From positions 1 through 46,806 of IMG/VR virus record IMGVR_UViG_3300032287_002815: a stretch of DNA of 46,806 nucleotides; one strand, written 5' to 3'. Origin of the DNA: a virus. Lineage: Duplodnaviria > Caudoviricetes. The notes below the pieces were generated by a model. That model was not told the DNA's origin and did no database searches. It was given only the letters and a program-made list of their open reading frames with translations. Position numbers and translations under genes: made by a program. Below, piece after piece: positions 43,807-46,806 of the stretch. Positions within the stretch are counted from its first letter, which is position 1, and every line of letters starts with the position of its first letter.

Positions 43807-46080
43807 ATGAGCTTCAAGGAACCCAGCAGAGTCTGGAACGTCGTTAGCGCCATGCTCGAAGCGGAACAGCCGCGCTCCCGCAACCGAGCGCGCATCAACT
43901 CTTGCTTCAACGGCAACCCTCCATACACTCAGGAGGAAGCACGCGACAACCGCATCCAGACGAACGTTAACTTCCTGGAAGGCACCCGGATCATCCATGC
44001 CTCTCGCCAGCAGTTCACGAACGCGTTCCTGAAGCCGCAGAATTACTTCTCGGTTGGTCTCGACATCGGACCCCGCGACAAGCGCACCCAGTGGGGCAAC
44101 ATCATCACGAAGCAGCTGAACCGCGTGATGAAGCGGTCTCCGAAATACTCCACGGTCTTGGAGTCTCAGTTTGCGGCCACGGTGCTTCACGGCATCGGGC
44201 CAGTCACTTGGCTTCGTGATCGCGACTGGTGCCCATCGGCTCGCGGCACTGAGGACATCTTGGTCCCGACCAACACGTTGACCACGATGGAGAACCTGTC
44301 GCACTTCGCGATCTACACGTCCTTCACGGCTCAGGACCTGATTCGCATGACCCGTGGTGAGAACGTGGACCCCGGCTGGAATCTGAAACTGGTGAACCAG
44401 CTGCTGGCAGCGATGATTGAGCGCGAGGCTACCAGCCTCCAGGTCAACGACTGGTCCGGCCAATACTTCCCTGAGAAGATTGAGGAAGATTTCAAGGAGA
44501 ACTCCGGCTACTGGGGCTCCGACGCGACACCGGTCCTGCGTTGCTACGACTTCTACTTCCTGGACACGACCAGTGACGACCCCTCCTGGCGCCGCCGGAT
44601 CATCGTTGACCAGTACAACAGCGGCATCGGCAATATGCAGACCGCTGGACAGTGGCTCTTTGATGCGGGAGACCGGTGTTACGGCCGCGACATCTTTGAA
44701 CTGATGCACGTCCAGTTTGCCGACGGCGCTGTGGTGCCTCCGTTCCGTTGGCATTCCGTGCGGTCACTCGGATACCTGCTGTACTCCGTCTGCCATCTCC
44801 AGAATCGGATGCGCTGCAAATTCACCGATTCGGTGTTCGAGCAGATGCTGTGGCTTTTCCGCAACGTCGCTGACGGTGACATGGAGCGGATGGAGAAGAT
44901 CGACCTGTTCAACATGGGCGTGATTCCCGAAGGACTCTCATGGGTTCCGCAGTCTGAACGTCACGTGCTGGACTACCCGATGCTCTCGGGTGCCATGGCC
45001 ATGCACCGGCAAATCATGGCCGAGTCCAGTGCGGCATACACGCAGGACGTGAACGACGGTTCATCGAAGGAACTCACGGCGACCGAAGTGATGGCCCGCG
45101 TGAACAACGCCAATGCGCTCATGGGCTCGATGCTCACCCGCGCCTACACCCAGCAGACCTTCCAGTACCGCGAGATCGCTCGCCGGTTCTGCACGATCGA
45201 CCATCCCGACTGCGTTCAGTTCCGTCGCAAGTGCGAAGCCGAAGGCGTCGATCCGTCCGTGTTCAACAACCTCGACAGCTGGGACATCATGCCCGAACGC
45301 GTCATGGGCTCCGGCAACAAGATGCTCGAGATCGCGCAGGCTGACCGCCTCATGGCCATTCGCCCGTTGCTAGCACCGGATTCACAGGCCGAGGTGGTTC
45401 ATATGTACGTCGAAGCAAACACCGACGATCCCCTCCTGGCGAATCGCCTCGCACCGGTGGACAACAAACCCGTCTCGCCGGCCGTCGAGCGCGCTACGAT
45501 GGCGTGGGGCACGCTCATTGACGGTCAGCCGGTTGTTATCGCGACTTCGATCAATCGGCCCGAGTACATCCAGACGCTTCTCCAGATGCTTGGTGGCGCC
45601 ATCGGGCGCATCGAGAAGGAACAGAACGGTATGCCGACCATGGAACGCGTGCTTGGCTTGGCCAACGTCATTCAGCACATCCAGGAGCAGATGCAGCTGA
45701 TCTCCCAGGACCCCGGCCAGGAGCAGAACATGAAGCTCTACAACGACGGCATCGCTCAGGCCTCAAACTACATCAAGGGCTACGTGCAGCGTCTCCAGCA
45801 GCAAGCTCAGGCTCAGGCCGAAGCGGGCGCAGCTGGAAATGGAATGGATGCCGAGACTGCTGCAAAGATCCAGTCGATGCTCATCACCGCGCAGTCCAAG
45901 GCTCAGATCGCTGCCGCGAACTCCGAGCAGAAGCGCGTCCAGAAGCAGGTGGCCTTCGAGCAAGACCAACAGCGCAAGAACGCCAACACGATCGCCGAGG
46001 CTCAGCGCAAGGGCGCGCTCACTCGTGCGGACATCGCCGCCATGGATCTCAAGACTCAGGCCGACATCCTTAACCAATGA
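43807..46080 (+). CDS. Portal protein, ~757 aa
   Basis: Size, position after TerL, TATEV motif, Q/A-rich C-terminal barrel as in P22-type portals. Confidence 0.85.
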   Translation: MSFKEPSRVWNVVSAMLEAEQPRSRNRARINSCFNGNPPYTQEEARDNRIQTNVNFLEGTRIIHASRQQFTNAFLKPQNYFSVGLDIGPRDKRTQWGNIITKQLNRVMKRSPKYSTVLESQFAATVLHGIGPVTWLRDRDWCPSARGTEDILVPTNTLTTMENLSHFAIYTSFTAQDLIRMTRGENVDPGWNLKLVNQLLAAMIEREATSLQVNDWSGQYFPEKIEEDFKENSGYWGSDATPVLRCYDFYFLDTTSDDPSWRRRIIVDQYNSGIGNMQTAGQWLFDAGDRCYGRDIFELMHVQFADGAVVPPFRWHSVRSLGYLLYSVCHLQNRMRCKFTDSVFEQMLWLFRNVADGDMERMEKIDLFNMGVIPEGLSWVPQSERHVLDYPMLSGAMAMHRQIMAESSAAYTQDVNDGSSKELTATEVMARVNNANALMGSMLTRAYTQQTFQYREIARRFCTIDHPDCVQFRRKCEAEGVDPSVFNNLDSWDIMPERVMGSGNKMLEIAQADRLMAIRPLLAPDSQAEVVHMYVEANTDDPLLANRLAPVDNKPVSPAVERATMAWGTLIDGQPVVIATSINRPEYIQTLLQMLGGAIGRIEKEQNGMPTMERVLGLANVIQHIQEQMQLISQDPGQEQNMKLYNDGIAQASNYIKGYVQRLQQQAQAQAEAGAAGNGMDAETAAKIQSMLITAQSKAQIAAANSEQKRVQKQVAFEQDQQRKNANTIAEAQRKGALTRADIAAMDLKTQADILNQ

Positions 46081-46340
46081 TACAATCCCCCAAGCAAGAG
46101 TTTCAGCGCGACAAGCAGCGCCTCCAATCAGTCGAGCGAATGCTCGAAACGCCCGAACTCCAAGCCGCGCTCTTGGCGGCCTTCAATAATTTCTGCTGGA
46201 ACCTTCCGCCCTCGGAGAACCCGCAGCATGGCTGGAATGCCAACTGCAAGCGCGCCGGTGCGCGTGCGTTCATCGAGGAACTGAATGGTCTGGTGGAAAT
46301 GCAAAAAGAAAAAACGACTCTTAATCAGAACCTCGAATGA
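46077..46340 (+). CDS. Small protein between portal and scaffold, 87 aa
   Basis: ATGA coupling at both ends; GARAFIEEL helix typical of post-portal genes. Confidence 0.7.
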   Translation: MIQSPKQEFQRDKQRLQSVERMLETPELQAALLAAFNNFCWNLPPSENPQHGWNANCKRAGARAFIEELNGLVEMQKEKTTLNQNLE

Positions 46341-46806
46341 ACCCGCTGCTATCACCAGATGCTCCAACCGAACGGGGCGCAGATTATTCCGAAGCATTTT
46401 CCGGCATCGACGCTATCGAAGGGCAAGGTCTGGACAACCCGATGGGTTCAGCCATGCCTGCGCCTGCTGCTGCACCGACTCCTGCTCCTGCTCCTGAGCC
46501 GGCCCCAGTTGCTACCACCACTACCCCGGCTGCCGAAGCTCCGAAGCCGAAGGTTGAAGACCTGTTCAACCTGGATCGGTTCACTCCGAAGAAGGAAGAG
46601 TCCGCACCTGCTGCGAAGATGGAACCCGCCAAGCCGGAACCGACCTCGATCAAGCAGTTCCGCGAGCAGTACGAGATGACCAAGAAGGAGCGCGATGATT
46701 TCGCCGCCAAGGTCACTGAACTCGAACGCGCCAAGTCTGAAGGCACTCGCAAGGAAGTCGAAGAAGCCACCAAGGCCCTGAAGGCTGAGATGGATTCGAT
46801 CCGCAA
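46337..46806 (+). CDS. Scaffold-like protein, 5' part (continues at position 124)
   Basis: ATG 46337 (MNPLLSPDAPTERG...) is open to the window end and in frame with ORF 107..907. Confidence 0.75.
   Translation, partial: MNPLLSPDAPTERGADYSEAFSGIDAIEGQGLDNPMGSAMPAPAAAPTPAPAPEPAPVATTTTPAAEAPKPKVEDLFNLDRFTPKKEESAPAAKMEPAKPEPTSIKQFREQYEMTKKERDDFAAKVTELERAKSEGTRKEVEEATKALKAEMDSIR
46684..46806. repeat. Terminal direct repeat, copy 2
   Basis: Identical to 1-123. Confidence 0.97.

Noticed and set aside
46684-46806. 123-bp terminal repeat as a biological DTR
   Set aside because: It falls in the middle of the scaffold gene and is best explained as the overlap of a circular assembly.
1-46806. Alternative genetic code or lysogeny module
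   Set aside because: Genes tile well under the standard code using all three stops, and I recognised no integrase, CI-type repressor or ParA.

Overview
The window looks like a complete, circularly assembled ~46.7 kb tailed-phage genome (bases 46684-46806 repeat bases 1-123; unit length 46683). It has a podovirus-type virion module: TerL, portal, scaffold crossing the junction, major capsid protein, tail tubular A/B, two tail fibre/spike genes and internal injection proteins, including a 2533-aa polyvalent protein with an ART-like domain. It also has a replication module (SF2 helicase, VRR-NUC nuclease, frameshifted primase-helicase, SSB), a RecE/RecT-like pair, HU, an early operon led by a MoxR-type AAA+ ATPase and partner, and a holin/spanin-like cassette. 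I saw no DNA or RNA polymerase, integrase, tRNA or CRISPR array. SSB and HU resemble Verrucomicrobiota/PVC proteins (from memory, moderate confidence). The most unusual signals are non-coding: (1) two candidate antisense RNAs at ~19.0-19.15 kb complementary to the start codons of early genes; (2) a strongly over-represented, strand-biased TGCTAGC motif; (3) a GC-skew flip with repeats at ~12.7-13.1 kb plus 17-bp iterons before the primase; (4) a structured ~200-nt capsid mRNA leader among otherwise leaderless promoters. All counts were made by eye and no database searches were run.
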